From the NCBI RefSeq assembly GCF_001194135.2, contig NC_068988.1:68038952-68102551 (forward strand): a stretch of 63,600 nucleotides of DNA, written 5' to 3'. This stretch comes from Octopus bimaculoides. Lineage: Eukaryota. Of the stretch, positions 11,869-23,935 are shown in pieces (the first letter of the stretch is position 1; each line of letters begins with the position of its first letter). The notes beneath the pieces are model-generated. The model saw nothing but the letters and a program-made list of their open reading frames with translations. It did not search any database and was not told the origin of the DNA. The position numbers were made by a program, and so were the translations under genes.

Positions 11869-11947
11869 CCTCCGACGAGATTCTACTTCACAATGATCTA
11901 AGTATTTTAATTAACATGTTAAAGTCTGAATCGAAACAGCTGTAAGG
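11869..11947 (+). ncRNA. Minimal type-I hammerhead-ribozyme-like motif (CCGACGA core variant)
   Basis: CCT | CCGACGA | GATTC..44 nt..GAATC | GAAA | CAGCTG | TA | AGG. Stem I CCT/AGG, perfect 5-bp stem II and palindromic stem III. Confidence 0.6.
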
Positions 11948-12201
11948 GATTATGCTTACTTTTGTAATTAATAAATATGATTATTAATTTATTTATCTCT
12001 CTCTCTATATTTCTGCATTTATGCTTATATGGATATGTACGCATACGTACATAGACGAGCGTATGTGAATACGAGTCCCTCTTGGGGGTACCTTATTAAT
12101 GATGAAATTTAATGAATGTCTAGCTATTACTAAGAACGTGTATTAAGGTGACCGACATATGAAGAAACAACTTGCTTCATTTAATCGTTTGGTTCTTGTA
12201 G

Positions 12202-12471
12202 AGAAGCTATGAACTTCCTCAAGTTCCTGCTAATATGGACACCCAAGAAATATCTACTATCAATTTGCACTCAGTCATTCAGCCTTGTAATAGATACCTG
12301 CAGTTATTTTCTTCCACAGACCATGAAAGGAAATATACGCTGTTGCCCGACGACATGGAAATAGCAGGAAAATCTCAGTCACGTGGAAGATACAAATTAG
12401 CTGATGTTGCCCTACATAAACAGGAAGAAATGGTTGTTCACGTCTGGAATGCAGTTGAACTGCTCGATTAA
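12202..12471 (+). CDS. Candidate terminal exon, 89 codons (RSYELPQVPANMDTQ...NAVELLD*)
   Basis: Acceptor TTTGGTTCTTGTAG directly opens a non-repetitive phase-0 frame that contains ORF 12235-12471. No homology recognised. Confidence 0.15.
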   Translation, partial: RSYELPQVPANMDTQEISTINLHSVIQPCNRYLQLFSSTDHERKYTLLPDDMEIAGKSQSRGRYKLADVALHKQEEMVVHVWNAVELLD

Positions 12472-13429
12472 GTTTTTCATAATTAAACAAGTACTCATAG
12501 CTTCGTATTTCGATAATTATTATTGAGTCTAATGCTCCCCGTTATTTGGTTTCTATTAAATTATAACTCCCCAATCGCTATTCTCATTGTAAACACTACA
12601 GTCACTACTGTGATTGTTGCACTACATTCATTATAAAATAGATTATCCCACCTTCCTCCTATTGTTGTAGTAAATTCCCTATCTATTAGCCGTCCGCAAA
12701 AACTATCGTGTACATTAGCTATATCTACTTATTTCTACAGTTACTACAACATCTATTAACATATGCAAGAACGACTGCATCAGTTAAACCAATTGAAATG
12801 CTTCAATTATTATTGCAAATCCTACCGACCTAATTCTAGCAAATCAAAAGTTATTTGCATATGTAAATTTAGCTAAAATATCGAGCACGGGATTTCGTTT
12901 TCTGTATTGAAACTCACTGGTCCATGTGGTAAAATAGAAGGATAAAGAAACATGAATAATTCAGATAATCAATCTCGAATAGGTAAAGCTAACGTCAAGC
13001 GGGAATAGCTAGTACATTCTGCTTTTCATATTAATTATCAGTAGCAATATTATCGCTTGTAAGATACATCGAAAACAATATTCTCAGTGATGAAAAAGTA
13101 AATATTTCGATAACTCAAAAGATGAAAGCATGAGTGGCAGTGAATTAGATAACAAAATAAAGATGTTAAATGAAAATGTTAAATGACGATGTAATGCGAA
13201 ACAACAAAGTTATTCATGAGGAATAATGATAACAGGGGCAGCTTTTTGGTGGAATTATGTTATTATCCTGAAACTGTTACAAACACTGTGAGACAAATAT
13301 ATTAAATGCTGAAGTCAAACTAAAGGTGTTCGTGTGTTTTTAAATGGCTTATAATCACCTTCCATGCTGCAATTGTTTTTGTTTCAGCACACAATCTCAG
13401 TTCAGGTCACTTGCTATGCAAGTACATCT

Positions 13430-13530
13430 CCGTTATTCCTAGTTTCCCTTTTCGAATTTCTCATAAACGGAGATCTCTTTGGCCAAGAAAGAACGCTATT
13501 TCTCTAGAATTTAAACGATACCAACAGGGT
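13430..13530 (+). mobile_element. Unclassified short interspersed repeat
   Basis: Similar to 14575-14690 (+) and 51305-51345 (-), sharing TTATTC.GTTT..TTTC.A.ATTTCT..AACGGAGA..TAGAATTT.AAC.A..CAACAGGG. Each copy adjoins a microsatellite. Confidence 0.55.
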
Positions 13531-13685
13531 GATTTTACATATATGTGTATATGTGTGCGTGTGTGTGTGTGGGTGTGTTTGGGTGTGTGGGTGTGCCCGT
13601 GTATTCGTAGGTGTGTGTGTTTGTGTGCGTGTGTGTGTATGTCACCATGTATAAATGAATATATGAATGTGTGAAAGCATCTATT

Positions 13686-13735
<50 letters not shown>

Positions 13736-13913
13736 CCACGTAACACAAGCCTTCTGTAGTTTTTTCACTCTTATTATCTTNNNNNNNNNNNNNNNNNNNN
13801 NNNNNNNNNNNNNNNNNNNNNNNNNNNNNNNNNNNNNNNNNNNNNNNNNNNNNNNNNNNNNNNNNNNNNNNNNNNNNNNNNNNNNNNNNNNNNNNNNNNN
13901 NNNNNNNNNNNAT

Positions 13914-13947
<34 letters not shown>

Positions 13948-14574
13948 ATATATATATGGTTATAGATACAATATCTATATATTACAAATACATGAATATT
14001 CGACATTGTGTGTATGTCTATATTTGAAGACTTATCTATGTGCTTTGACTCAAACTATGGATACACAAACTTATCCCAGTGTAAACAAAGAAATCCTCTG
14101 CGAATAGGAAATTTACAACGAAATCGAAAAAGCAGTATAATCATAGCGCTATAATTGCAATAATACCAATGCAATGATATCATCAAACATCAAATATTGT
14201 TTAATCTAATGTGACCAAGTAATGGATCTATTTAACAGAAGAAATCTCGGAAGATGTATTTTTATCTTGAAATTAAGAATGTCAGCTAAGTCAAAGTTAA
14301 TCATTTCTATATATTATTGACAAAATATATCGCGAAGCAAGAGAGAAAGAAAAGTGCAGCCGATATATTTTTTGAAGTTAATCAATGACAGAAAAAGATA
14401 TCTCCGATTCTTTTGCTTTTATAATTAAAACGTAAAATGTTATCTGTTTCAAACCTTCGCTTCACACTCTGATTGCTTCAATCTCACTGTGAACAGTTTA
14501 TCTGTGTAGGCGAGCCTATGTATGTATGTATGTATGTATGTATGTATGTATGTATGTGTGTATGTATGTATGTC

Positions 14575-14690
14575 ATTATTCAGTTTTATTTCAAGATTTC
14601 TTGCCAACGGAGAAAGAGCCGGTTTCCAACCTAGGTCCAATGCCCCTTCATTAGAATTTCAACAACTTCAACAGGGAAATTTTGTATGTA
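14575..14690 (+). mobile_element. Unclassified short interspersed repeat (same family as 13430)
   Basis: Shares the motifs listed for 13430. Confidence 0.55.
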
Positions 14691-14723
14691 TGTGTTTATA
14701 TTTATCTATTTGTCTGTCTGTCA

Positions 14724-14762
<39 letters not shown>

Positions 14763-14779
14763 CGCGCGTGTATGTGTGA

Positions 14780-14990
14780 GGCTGTATGGTCTTATGGGTT
14801 AGATGTGGTACTCATAGAGCTAGCGAACGTGATTTCACTTCCCACACAGGGTGGGGCGTTGTGTTCTTTGAGCAAAGCACTTCATCTCATGTTGCTCTGC
14901 GATCACTTCGGCACTTGACGCGTAGCTCACCGTGCACCGGTGCAGGCAACGTCGATTTGATGGAGAGAGTGAGCTAATGTACAGCTCTAT
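14780..14990 (+). mobile_element. tRNA-like SINE, family C, degenerate
   Basis: TGGTC..TGGGTTAG head and GTTGTGTTCTTTGAGCAAAGCACTTCATCTCATGTTGCT body shared with the 52380 copy. Confidence 0.6.
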
Positions 14991-15113
14991 AAACAATTCA
15001 TTTGTGCATGTTATTTGGCAAATACTGAATACTCATACACTATATTCGACGTGAGAGTCCAACACGCACACAGACACAGATAGACACGCGCGCGCGCGCA
15101 TATATATATATAC

Positions 15114-15177
<64 letters not shown>

Positions 15178-15226
15178 GTGAAAAGATATATATAAATATT
15201 TATATATATATATAGTCTGTCATACC

Positions 15227-15266
15227 GGCCATGACGAAGGGAAATAGCCCTGAAACTCGAGTCGCC
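15227..15266 (+). ncRNA. Degenerate minimal hammerhead-like motif
   Basis: GGC | C(A)TGACGA | AGGG-AAATAG-CCCT | GAAA | CTCGAG | TC | GCC. One extra base in the core; stems I, II and III all pair. Confidence 0.55.
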
Positions 15267-15578
15267 TTTATATATATATATATTTATATACATATATATT
15301 TATATATTTGATCCTTTATATTGAACACTCAAATATTTCATCTACATTCAATACTTTCTTTCATGGTGACATCCATTTTTATTTTATTTTATTTTATATT
15401 GTATATTGTATATTATATTATATATTGTATATTCCATATTCTATACCCCACATTAGTTCTGCAGGAATATAAATAAAACATAAAAAACAGACAGTGTTGG
15501 AACTCTTTTAAACAAAATAATATATTCCTCTATACACAATCATACAAAAAAACCACGTTTTTTGTATTTATTTTTACT

Positions 15579-15615
<37 letters not shown>

Positions 15616-15700
15616 NNNNNNNNNNTATATATATATATATATATATATGTATGCATAAGGATTTCATAATGAGATAAAATTGAACATTTATAAATAGAAG

Positions 15701-15748
15701 GTCTTACAGCTGCTTCTAAGATATTTATTATATCCCTTCATCGGAGAC
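15701..15748 (-). ncRNA. Degenerate minimal hammerhead-like motif (CCGATGA core)
   Basis: Reverse complement: GTCT | CCGATGA | AGGGATAT-AATAA-ATATCTTA | GAAG | CAGCTG | TA | AGAC. Confidence 0.55.
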
Positions 15749-15800
15749 AGTGTGAAAGAATGGTTAAGCAATAGTTAGTTTAGATAAGATAGGAATTAGA

Positions 15801-16021
15801 GGCTGGCCCTTTGAATTACAGGTACAACAGAAACAGGAAGAAAAAGTGAGAGAAATTGTGGTGAAAGAGTACAGCAGGGATCGCCACCATTCCCTGCCGG
15901 GGCCTCGTGGATCTTTAGGTGTTTTCGCTCAATAAACACTCACAACGCCCGGTCAGGGAATCGAAACCGCGATCCTATGAGCGCGAGTCTGCTGCCCTAA
16001 CCACTGGGCCATTGCGCCTCC
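15801..16021 (-). mobile_element. tRNA-derived SINE, family D, 5' half
   Basis: Reverse complement begins GGAGGCGCAATGGCCCAGTGGTTAGGGCAGCAGACTC..GGTTTCGATTCCC. Closely similar to 57322-57708. Confidence 0.9.
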
Positions 16022-16479
16022 ACAATCCGTAGCGTATATAAAAAACAGCTTTCAGGGACAATAGTAGTTTATGGAGAGGGATGTTTGCGGGTTTTTTAAA
16101 CTTTTATCGAAGAACGATGAGCTGAAAAAAGTTCTTTTTATTATTCCTCGGTAGACAGCCAGTGTTGCTGAGAGCGCGAAAAAGAAAACAACAGTTACGG
16201 GATGGAGTATGGGAAACCCGGGCTACATATGTTTCATAGCGAGGGGAACCTCCGAAGTGGTGAACTCCAAGTGAAGTGTATACCGCTGATTACTCTTCAG
16301 GCCAAGGATATCTTGATTAGATTAAAGGTTACATCGTCGCAAGGAGCTATATGTTGACTCACAGATTCAATAGGAATGTGTGAAGGACACAGTATGTGAG
16401 GGGCATATAAATGAGGTTATAAATATACATTCATAAACATATATATTCATACACACACACACACATATACATATATAGA

Positions 16480-16482
16480 AAG

Positions 16483-16521
<39 letters not shown>

Positions 16522-16555
16522 GAAGATAGATAGATAGAAAGAATGACAGACAGAC

Positions 16556-16622
<67 letters not shown>

Positions 16623-16630
16623 AAGATAGA
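16480..16630. repeat. (GATA)n microsatellite
   Basis: Directly visible; a second run lies at 15130-15177. Confidence 0.95.
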
Positions 16631-16759
16631 CGTGAAAGTGAATACATACATATTTGTTTGCGTGTGTGTTGAATAATTTTGCAATTCATCCCCTTCTATT
16701 AAATCGTTACTGTTTATGATATGTGTAAACCAATCAGATGTATCCTGAGACGTTAAAGA

Positions 16760-17960
16760 TTTAAAGATGTATATAGGCATATTATAGGCCTATAATTACG
16801 TGGGTGTATGGTGTTTTTGTTCCGACGGCTTACAGCATTGCTCCTTTCAAATATCCTGTGGGGTATTTACTATGGTTTGCTAAGTATTTCATGAAACACT
16901 ACTGCTATATGTTTTACCTTCATTTGTACTAATGAAGTATTTAAGATAGAATTTGGATAATATGTCTATCTTGTGCTTGGTGTTATCAGCTCTAAATATG
17001 TCAGTGATTTCTTCACTGATGAAAGTAGCTATGACTGTGGTCCTAGTCTGAAATTCCCCCCCCCCCTCCTTTTCACCATTGCGCAATTTAGGCCTGTTGG
17101 TCTTCTCTGTACCATATTCCTTACCAGTGAGTTTAAATTTGGTATGTTCTTGGTCTGTTTCCTTTAGCTAGGGTCTTGTAAAACCGATTAGTATTCACCT
17201 TAAATTTCATATGTATCGGAAGAATCGTTAGTATTGCTGGCGCCAATGTTTTGTGGATGCGATATGCTTGAAGTGTTCTTTATCTGCCAAGCTGACTTAA
17301 TTTTCTTTAAGTTATATTATTTTCTGTTATTATGGTATTTTGTTCTTATTCATGTTGGATCTGTCTTTTTGTAGCTCACGGACGATTGATCGACATCCCT
17401 TTCTTTTTTAACTTTTTTTATTCTTTATTTCTATTTTGGCGCGTTTGATTTGGCCGCGGGTTTAATACTGCTAAAGTCAAGCCCGGAATCTCTTGACTAC
17501 ACTGTTGAGTAGATCAAATGGTTCAGTCTGTCTATTGATAAGCCACGACTGTAAATCCCCAGAAGGCTCTAATACTGTATGTTTCAATTCACACAGTTGT
17601 TTATTCCTTCGTTGTTGATGATGTGTTTACCATGGTTCTTGTTTATTGATTTTGTATTGTATTCTTTTTTAACGTTTTCAGTCAGATTCTTCTATTCCAA
17701 TGGATTTGTAGAAGTCTATGTTTTTAATTTATTTGATGAAAGGTGTGGACGAAGAAAATATTTTTGGTATCTATGTATTTTGTTATGTGTGTGTATGTTA
17801 TTTCTTCATTTAAGTACTTCTTTTTCTTTTTCTCATGTTATTTGTTTTTCTTTGTTGACAGCTATGCAGTAACTTCCTATAGGTTTCACTGCTCACTTAT
17901 TATGTTTCATTACATCCGTTGTATCCGTGTCCTTTTTAGTGTTTCGTGAAAAATAGGTTC
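16760..17960 (-). mobile_element. Possible highly decayed Penelope-like element
   Basis: Minus-strand scraps such as KHIAS..ILPIHMKFK..KE..Y..LN loosely resemble the C-terminus of Penelope GIY-YIG endonucleases. No intact motif. Confidence 0.3.
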
Positions 17961-18499
17961 CATTGTGCTATATTTGTTCGCTTGTGGATCGTTGTGTTGC
18001 GTAGCTAGATGTTTAATTTTATCTTTTTTTTTTGTGCGTGTGTCATTTCTATAACTACGCCTATTTCAATTTTGATCACTTTAACCTCACAAAGAATAAA
18101 TCTTCAAACTCTTTCTAGTTTATCGTTTTCTTTCATACATTACATGTCCCTTTTATGAAGATTACACATTTTGGGGTGGCATGCTACTGCACAGAATACA
18201 TGTTATACATCAATATAACCATAATTTTCCCAGAGTTTTCTTAATGTTTTCATCCTTTGGACGTTGACGTTCTTTGCCTGTTTAGTGTTAACAATTTGAT
18301 TGGACAGCCTGTTTGAATTCCTTGCATTATGGCATTATCCTACAGTGGCTGTATAAGAGTAACATACCAAAATTCATATTTATTTGTTTATTTATTTATC
18401 ATTTATTATTGATGTATTTATCTCCGCGCTTAACCCTTTTTTATGTGTGTTTCAGGATAAAGCTGATAATAGTTTCAAGACTCATTTCGAAATCATTCA

Positions 18500-18538
18500 T
18501 GATTATTATTGTTGTTGTTGTAGTTTTTGTTGTTGTTG

Positions 18539-18614
<76 letters not shown>

Positions 18615-18616
18615 CA

Positions 18617-18689
<73 letters not shown>

Positions 18690-18730
18690 TTTTGTTGTTA
18701 TTATTATTATCATTATTATTGTTGTTGTTG
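18500..18730. repeat. Compound (GTT)n-(ATT)n-(GTT)n microsatellite, about 230 bp
   Basis: Directly visible; it is the source of the poly-I/Y/L/N ORFs. Confidence 0.97.
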
Positions 18731-20120
18731 TTTCTTGCAAACTGTTTGTGCAATTTCCGTTTACAAAGAAATCGTTCTCTTCATTTTCAGATAAATGGCG
18801 ACCAGTGATGTTTTTATTTCTTATCAAGGAGTTGAAAAGGCTAGCAGTTAGGGAAATAAAAACATTATTACCTCGTTAAAACTCAGAAAAGGAGAAAGGG
18901 AGGGAGAAGNNNNNNNNNNNNNNNNNNNNNNNNNNNNNNNNNNNNNNNNNNNNNNNNNNNNNNNNNNNNNNNNNNNNNNNNNNNNNNNNNNNNNNNNNNN
19001 NNNNNNNNNNNNNNNNNNNNNNNNNNNNNNNNNNNNNNNNNNNNNNNNNNNNNNNNNNNNNNNNNNNNNNNNNNNNNNNNNNNNNNNNNNNNNNNNNNNN
19101 NNNNNNNNNNNNNNNNNNNNNNNNNNNNNNNNNNNNNNNNNNNNNNNNNNNNNNNNNNNNNNNNNNNNNNNNNNNNNNNNNNNNNNNNNNNNNNNNNNNN
19201 NNNNNNNNNNNNNNNNNNNNNNNNNNNNNNNNNNNNNNNNNNNNNNNNNNNNNNNNNNNNNNNNNNNNNNNNNNNNNNNNNNNNNNNNNNNNNNNNNNNN
19301 NNNNNNNNNNNNNNNNNNNNNNNNNNNNNNNNNNNNNTATACATGTATGTGTGTGTGTGTGTTTGTGTATATACAGATAGATAGATATATAGATAGAGAG
19401 ATAGATACATAGTTAATTATGAGTTTGAGCGCTTGTAAAAACTAATTGCTAGATTAACTTACATTGTTAACACCGCTTTCTAAAATATTGTGTGTAAATT
19501 ATTTAGTAAGTGAAAGTATTGTTATTTGGATCGGCAAACAAATAGTCTATGTATGAGTGTTTGTGTGAGTGTATATTGCGAGTGCTCAGATTCCCACTCC
19601 TCGGACCTGGCTGGACTTAGTTCTCCTACCCCTCACACACTCTCGACTCATTCATATCTGTCATGCTAATTTGTCAAATCGCATCCCATATCAGGTTTCT
19701 CACTAACCAACAGACCCCGTAGATCCTTGAAAAAAAATGAGAAATTTGGGATTGCATCTTTGACCATGTTCTTCCTAGAATCGTCTACATGCAAATGTTG
19801 AGTTTGTGCTGTTAACAGCATCATCCTCACTAATGCGTACGGCCTACGAAAGACATGTGTCCTACCCTTTCCTCCAGACCTAAGAAAGTAATTTAGTACA
19901 CGAAACTAATGCGTAGAACCATTTCTGTTCTTTTATCACAGATATGTTAAATTGTTTGACAACATTACATTGCTCTTACATTCCTCTGGTTTGTTGATAG
20001 CTTCGTACTCCAGTCAGCCTAACGTATCTAACGTCTTGCTTCCAGTTAAGCACTGAATTATAATATAGATGCACGCGCACACGCGCACACATGCACAGTA
20101 TATACCTACACTCACCCACC

Positions 20121-20169
<49 letters not shown>

Positions 20170-20170
<1 letters not shown>

Positions 20171-20300
20171 CCATTTTATTCTCTTATTTGTTTCAATCAG
20201 TTGACTGCCGACATGCTGGAGCACCGCCGCAAGGGATTTTATTCAAAGCAATCAACACTAGGACGTATTCATTGTAAGCCTAGTACTTATTCCATCGGTC
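20170..20300 (-). mobile_element. Family B SINE, 3' body fragment
   Basis: TTGTTTCAATCAGTTGACTGCCGACATGCTGGAGCACCGCC..AAGCCTAGTACTTATTC matches the reverse complement of 30640-30815. Confidence 0.75.
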
Positions 20301-20721
20301 TCATATGTTGCATGAACTTTACAGTCTGGGCCTCATCAAGTACATCTATACGTAAAGGCCTGTGTCTCACCACAGATCCTGAGTTTTGACTGTCATGTTA
20401 CTATATGCACGTCTGGTTAGGGGGCATGGCAACACATGTTGAAAGCAGTTCCATCCATAAGAGAGAGTAGCAGGATGGGTCGAAACGTCTGTTGTATTAA
20501 TAAAGATTAAAATCAATTCCACCTTCTCGATACTTAAGAAATTATTATTGTTACCGCAAGTAACACCGCAGAATTCCTGGAGTAGATCCAACGGAAATAT
20601 ATCCCGACAGATAACACCAGGTAGCCCAAACTTTGCCAGTGCTCTTCTCAACACTTCAACACACTAATCGACATATATGCATTAATCCAAAAATATGAAA
20701 AACACACACACACACACACAT

Positions 20722-20886
20722 ACACACGACGGGCTTCTTTTAATTTCCGTCAGCCAAATCCACTTACAAAGCTTTGGTTGGTCCGAAGCTATTGAAGAAG
20801 ACACCTGGGCAATGTGCGACGCTGTGGGATGGAACCTAGAACCACGTGGTTGTGAAGGAAGCTTCTTACCACAGAACTCCCGCGCC
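20722..20886 (-). mobile_element. Family B SINE, tRNA-like head
   Basis: Reverse complement GGCGCGGGAGTTCTGTGGTAAGAAGCTT..GGTTCCATCCCAC..AAAGAAGCCCGTCG matches 30361-30525. Confidence 0.8.
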
Positions 20887-22574
20887 TATATATATATNNN
20901 NNNNNNNNNNNNNNNNNNNNNNNNNNNNNNNNNNNNNNNNNNNNNNNNNNNNNNNNNNNNNNNNNNNNNNNNNNNNNNNNNNNNNNNNNNNNNNNNNNNN
21001 NNNNNNNNNNNNNNNNNNNNNNNNNNNNNNNNNNNNNNNNNNNNNNNNNNNNNNNNNNNNNNNNNNNNNNNNNNNNNNNNNNNNNNNNNNNNNNNNNNNN
21101 NNNNNNNNNNNNNNNNNNNNNNNNNNNNNNNNNNNNNNNNNNNNNNNNNNNNNNNNNNNNNNNNNNNNNNNNNNNNNNNNNCCAAGGGTCATGTAGGCCC
21201 TCAAAAGTTATATAAACTTACTTAGAAACTGATGAGTCATGTGTGTGTGTGTGTGTGTGTGCACGCGCGCGCTTGTGTGTGTGCTAACGCTTTGAGTTCT
21301 AAGTTCCTGTCCGTATCACACAAAGAAGGACGATAGATGCGTGACAGTTATTTGATTATTTTATCAGATCACGCGATACTGTTCACACATACTTATTGTA
21401 TTTTATATGCCAGCTGTAACTGTTATTGATTTATTTACGTGAACCTTCAGTTTGTGAGAAAAAGATATACCTACATTTCATGTTTGGGTAAGTATGTAAA
21501 GTGTTTCTCTTCCAGTTCATTGTTCAGATACACTAGACCAACATTTCTAGAATCGCTTAGTTTCTTATTGAATAAAGAAACCTCGGGTACTTTCCTATGG
21601 ACTTGTAAGATATTGTTCTCATTAATTTGGAGCACTTCAATAGCCTTTTGTGGTGTTATTTAACAGCTACGATTGATAACATCAGAATGCTTGTTGGTCA
21701 GCATGCATATTACCGTATATGTAAGTAATATGCATATATTTCTATATAAGTCCCCATGCACATGTTAGTGTGCCAATGTCTTGTAAGAAATTATTATAAA
21801 AATGGATAGCAAGAATCTGCCTATGGAGAAATATGAAATTGGTTGCACGTTATGGGAGAAAATTGGATAATAATCGATTACATAAGATAATATATCATAA
21901 TAGATATTAAATGGTAAAGTGTGAACGATGTTGAACGAAATTTGCCTAAGGGAAGATCCTTGTAACCAATTAAAGTCTCCCCGGAAATTTCATATCTCGA
22001 GTCAATACGATTTTAAGCCGATTTGGATTAGATGTTGAGCTTCTATTGCTGGAATCAGAACAAATGAGCCATTATAGATGAGGTAATATGAGTGGGTGGG
22101 CACAATATGAATCAACTTGGTTAGTATAGAAACGTTGTTCTTCAATGAAAAGTCCACTCTTTTTTCTTTCATCAAATGCATTGATATTCATAATGAACGC
22201 ATCGTTTTAAGAATGGAAATTCGTTATTCCAATTCAAGATTATCATAATAATTACAGGAACCCACACGCGGTTTTTTCGTTAAGTATTGAAGAAAATGTT
22301 AATGATATAAGTTTAAAAGTAGCCTCAAGAAATATGTTGTTTTTTTCCTTTTGTTGCGTAATGATGTGGAAGATTCGATATAGAACCATACGTAATGACC
22401 CATCACAGCAGACAATACGCTTATTTTACTTTTATGTATGTAACATTACTTAATCCGAAATAACTCATCACGATAAGTTGGCAATTTTTTTTCATTTGAA
22501 GATGCATAAACAATAACCTGAATATCAATGTCTTTGTATAACGAAACTATAGAAATAATAGTCTAATAGGTATG

Positions 22575-22660
22575 TGGGTGTGGTAAGAAGTTTGCTTTCC
22601 AAATTAAAAGTTCCGAGTTCAGTCCTGGAAGTCTTGGTAGACGGAAACGGGAGGAAGCCG
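22575..22660 (+). mobile_element. Family B SINE head, deleted and degenerate
   Basis: GTGTGGTAAGAAGTTTGCTT..GAGTTCAGTCC..GGTAGACGGAAAC. Confidence 0.65.
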
Positions 22661-22670
22661 GTATATATAA

Positions 22671-22707
<37 letters not shown>

Positions 22708-22808
22708 NNNNNNNNNNNNNNNNNNNNNNNNNNNNNNNNNNNNNNNNNNNNNNNNNNNNNNNNNNNNNNNNNNNNNNNNNNNNNNNNNNNNNNNNNNNNN
22801 NNNNNNNN

Positions 22809-22850
<42 letters not shown>

Positions 22851-22851
<1 letters not shown>

Positions 22852-23737
22852 AGGGTGCGGTGAATAAATTGTCGTCTAAATTATGGAAATATGAAAATAA
22901 CACTGACATCTCATTTTAACAAATACATTTACGAAAATTACACAAAAATATATTGAAATGCTAAAGAGTAAATTTATTCAATAAAATCGCTATCGGCTTC
23001 AATCACTGCTTCCAGACAACTTCGGAATCTTCTGCATCCCTTCTGGATGGTCTCCTTGTTTAAGTTGGTGATTGCTGCCTTGCGTTCACTTCATCTTTGG
23101 TGTTATAAGAAGATTTGGTGGTCTCTCGCTCAACTGCGCCCCCACGCATAATAATCAAAGGTAGGGGGCAGACTGGGGAGTTAGGTGGCTAGATGTTAAG
23201 GGTAATGTGGTCGCAGAAATTGTCTGACAGCCATGACTGGGATATCCTGCTTGTGTGGCATGGTGCAAAGTCGTCCCGTTCCCAGACATAGGGTTTTCCA
23301 GCAGCCACCCTCTTGATCCAGGGCAGTACTGCATCCTCCAGGCTCTGGATGTAGTCCTCCGTGTTGAGTGTGAGGCCGTGTGGGAAGATGAACGGAGGCA
23401 TAACGTCGTATCACTAGTGATCACTCCAAACACCATAATGATGACTGGTTATTTGACTTTTATCACTCTTGGTACATGTCTTCAGATTGCACTGTCCTCA
23501 GCTCGACACCCAACCACACTTAAGTATTCGTATTGGAGCTTCCGGCGGGAATGCCAAGCAGTACAGCATGTCTTTCCCAAATTTCTGACAAAGTGAAAGT
23601 CATCATGGTGCTATTTTTCTCACAGATGGTGCCCAACTGATCCTACCATAGTGGATAGTCAACAAAATCCACAACAAACAATGCATATGCATGAAATTAA
23701 AAATATAATATGGCGATAATTTACCCATCACATCCTG
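22851..23737 (-). mobile_element. Tc1/mariner DNA transposon, DD37D (maT-like), internally deleted, both TIRs present
   Basis: TIRs CAGGGTGCGGTGAATAAATTGTCG and CGATAATTTACCCATCACATCCTG, each flanked by TA. Transposase remnant MVFGVITSD..MPPFIFPHGL..LPWIKRVAAGKPYVW..APCHTSR..PPNSPDC.PLDYYAWGAVE. Confidence 0.85.
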
Positions 23738-23744
23738 TATATAC

Positions 23745-23935
23745 AATTATATGTATGTGTCTTTGTTCCTGTGTTTGTCCGCCACCATTATGTGAAACCG
23801 GTGTTGTTGTGTTTACGTCATTTAACGGTTTGGCGAAAAGGAGCGATATTATACTTACCAGATTAAAAGAAGTAAGCACTTTTGATTAAGATTCTTCAAG
23901 GCGACGCCTCAGGATTGATGCAAACAAATTACTGA
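23745..23935 (+). mobile_element. Family B SINE, 3' body fragment
   Basis: CCGGTGTTGTTGTGTTTACGTC..TAACGGTTTGGCGAAAAGG..; homologous to 30560-30800. Confidence 0.6.

Noticed and set aside
15965-16021. tRNA genes at SINE heads (also 30361 and 57650-57708)
   Set aside because: A/B boxes are present, but they continue into SINE bodies and lack a complete cloverleaf and terminator.
18313-18879. Long ORFs with poly-I, poly-Y, poly-L and poly-N
   Set aside because: They are translations of the (ATT/GTT)n microsatellite; several frames are open simply because the repeat lacks stops.
19714-19726. Resemblance to the miR-100/miR-10 5' end (ACCCCGTAGATCC)
   Set aside because: The match breaks after 13 nt and I found no complementary arm.
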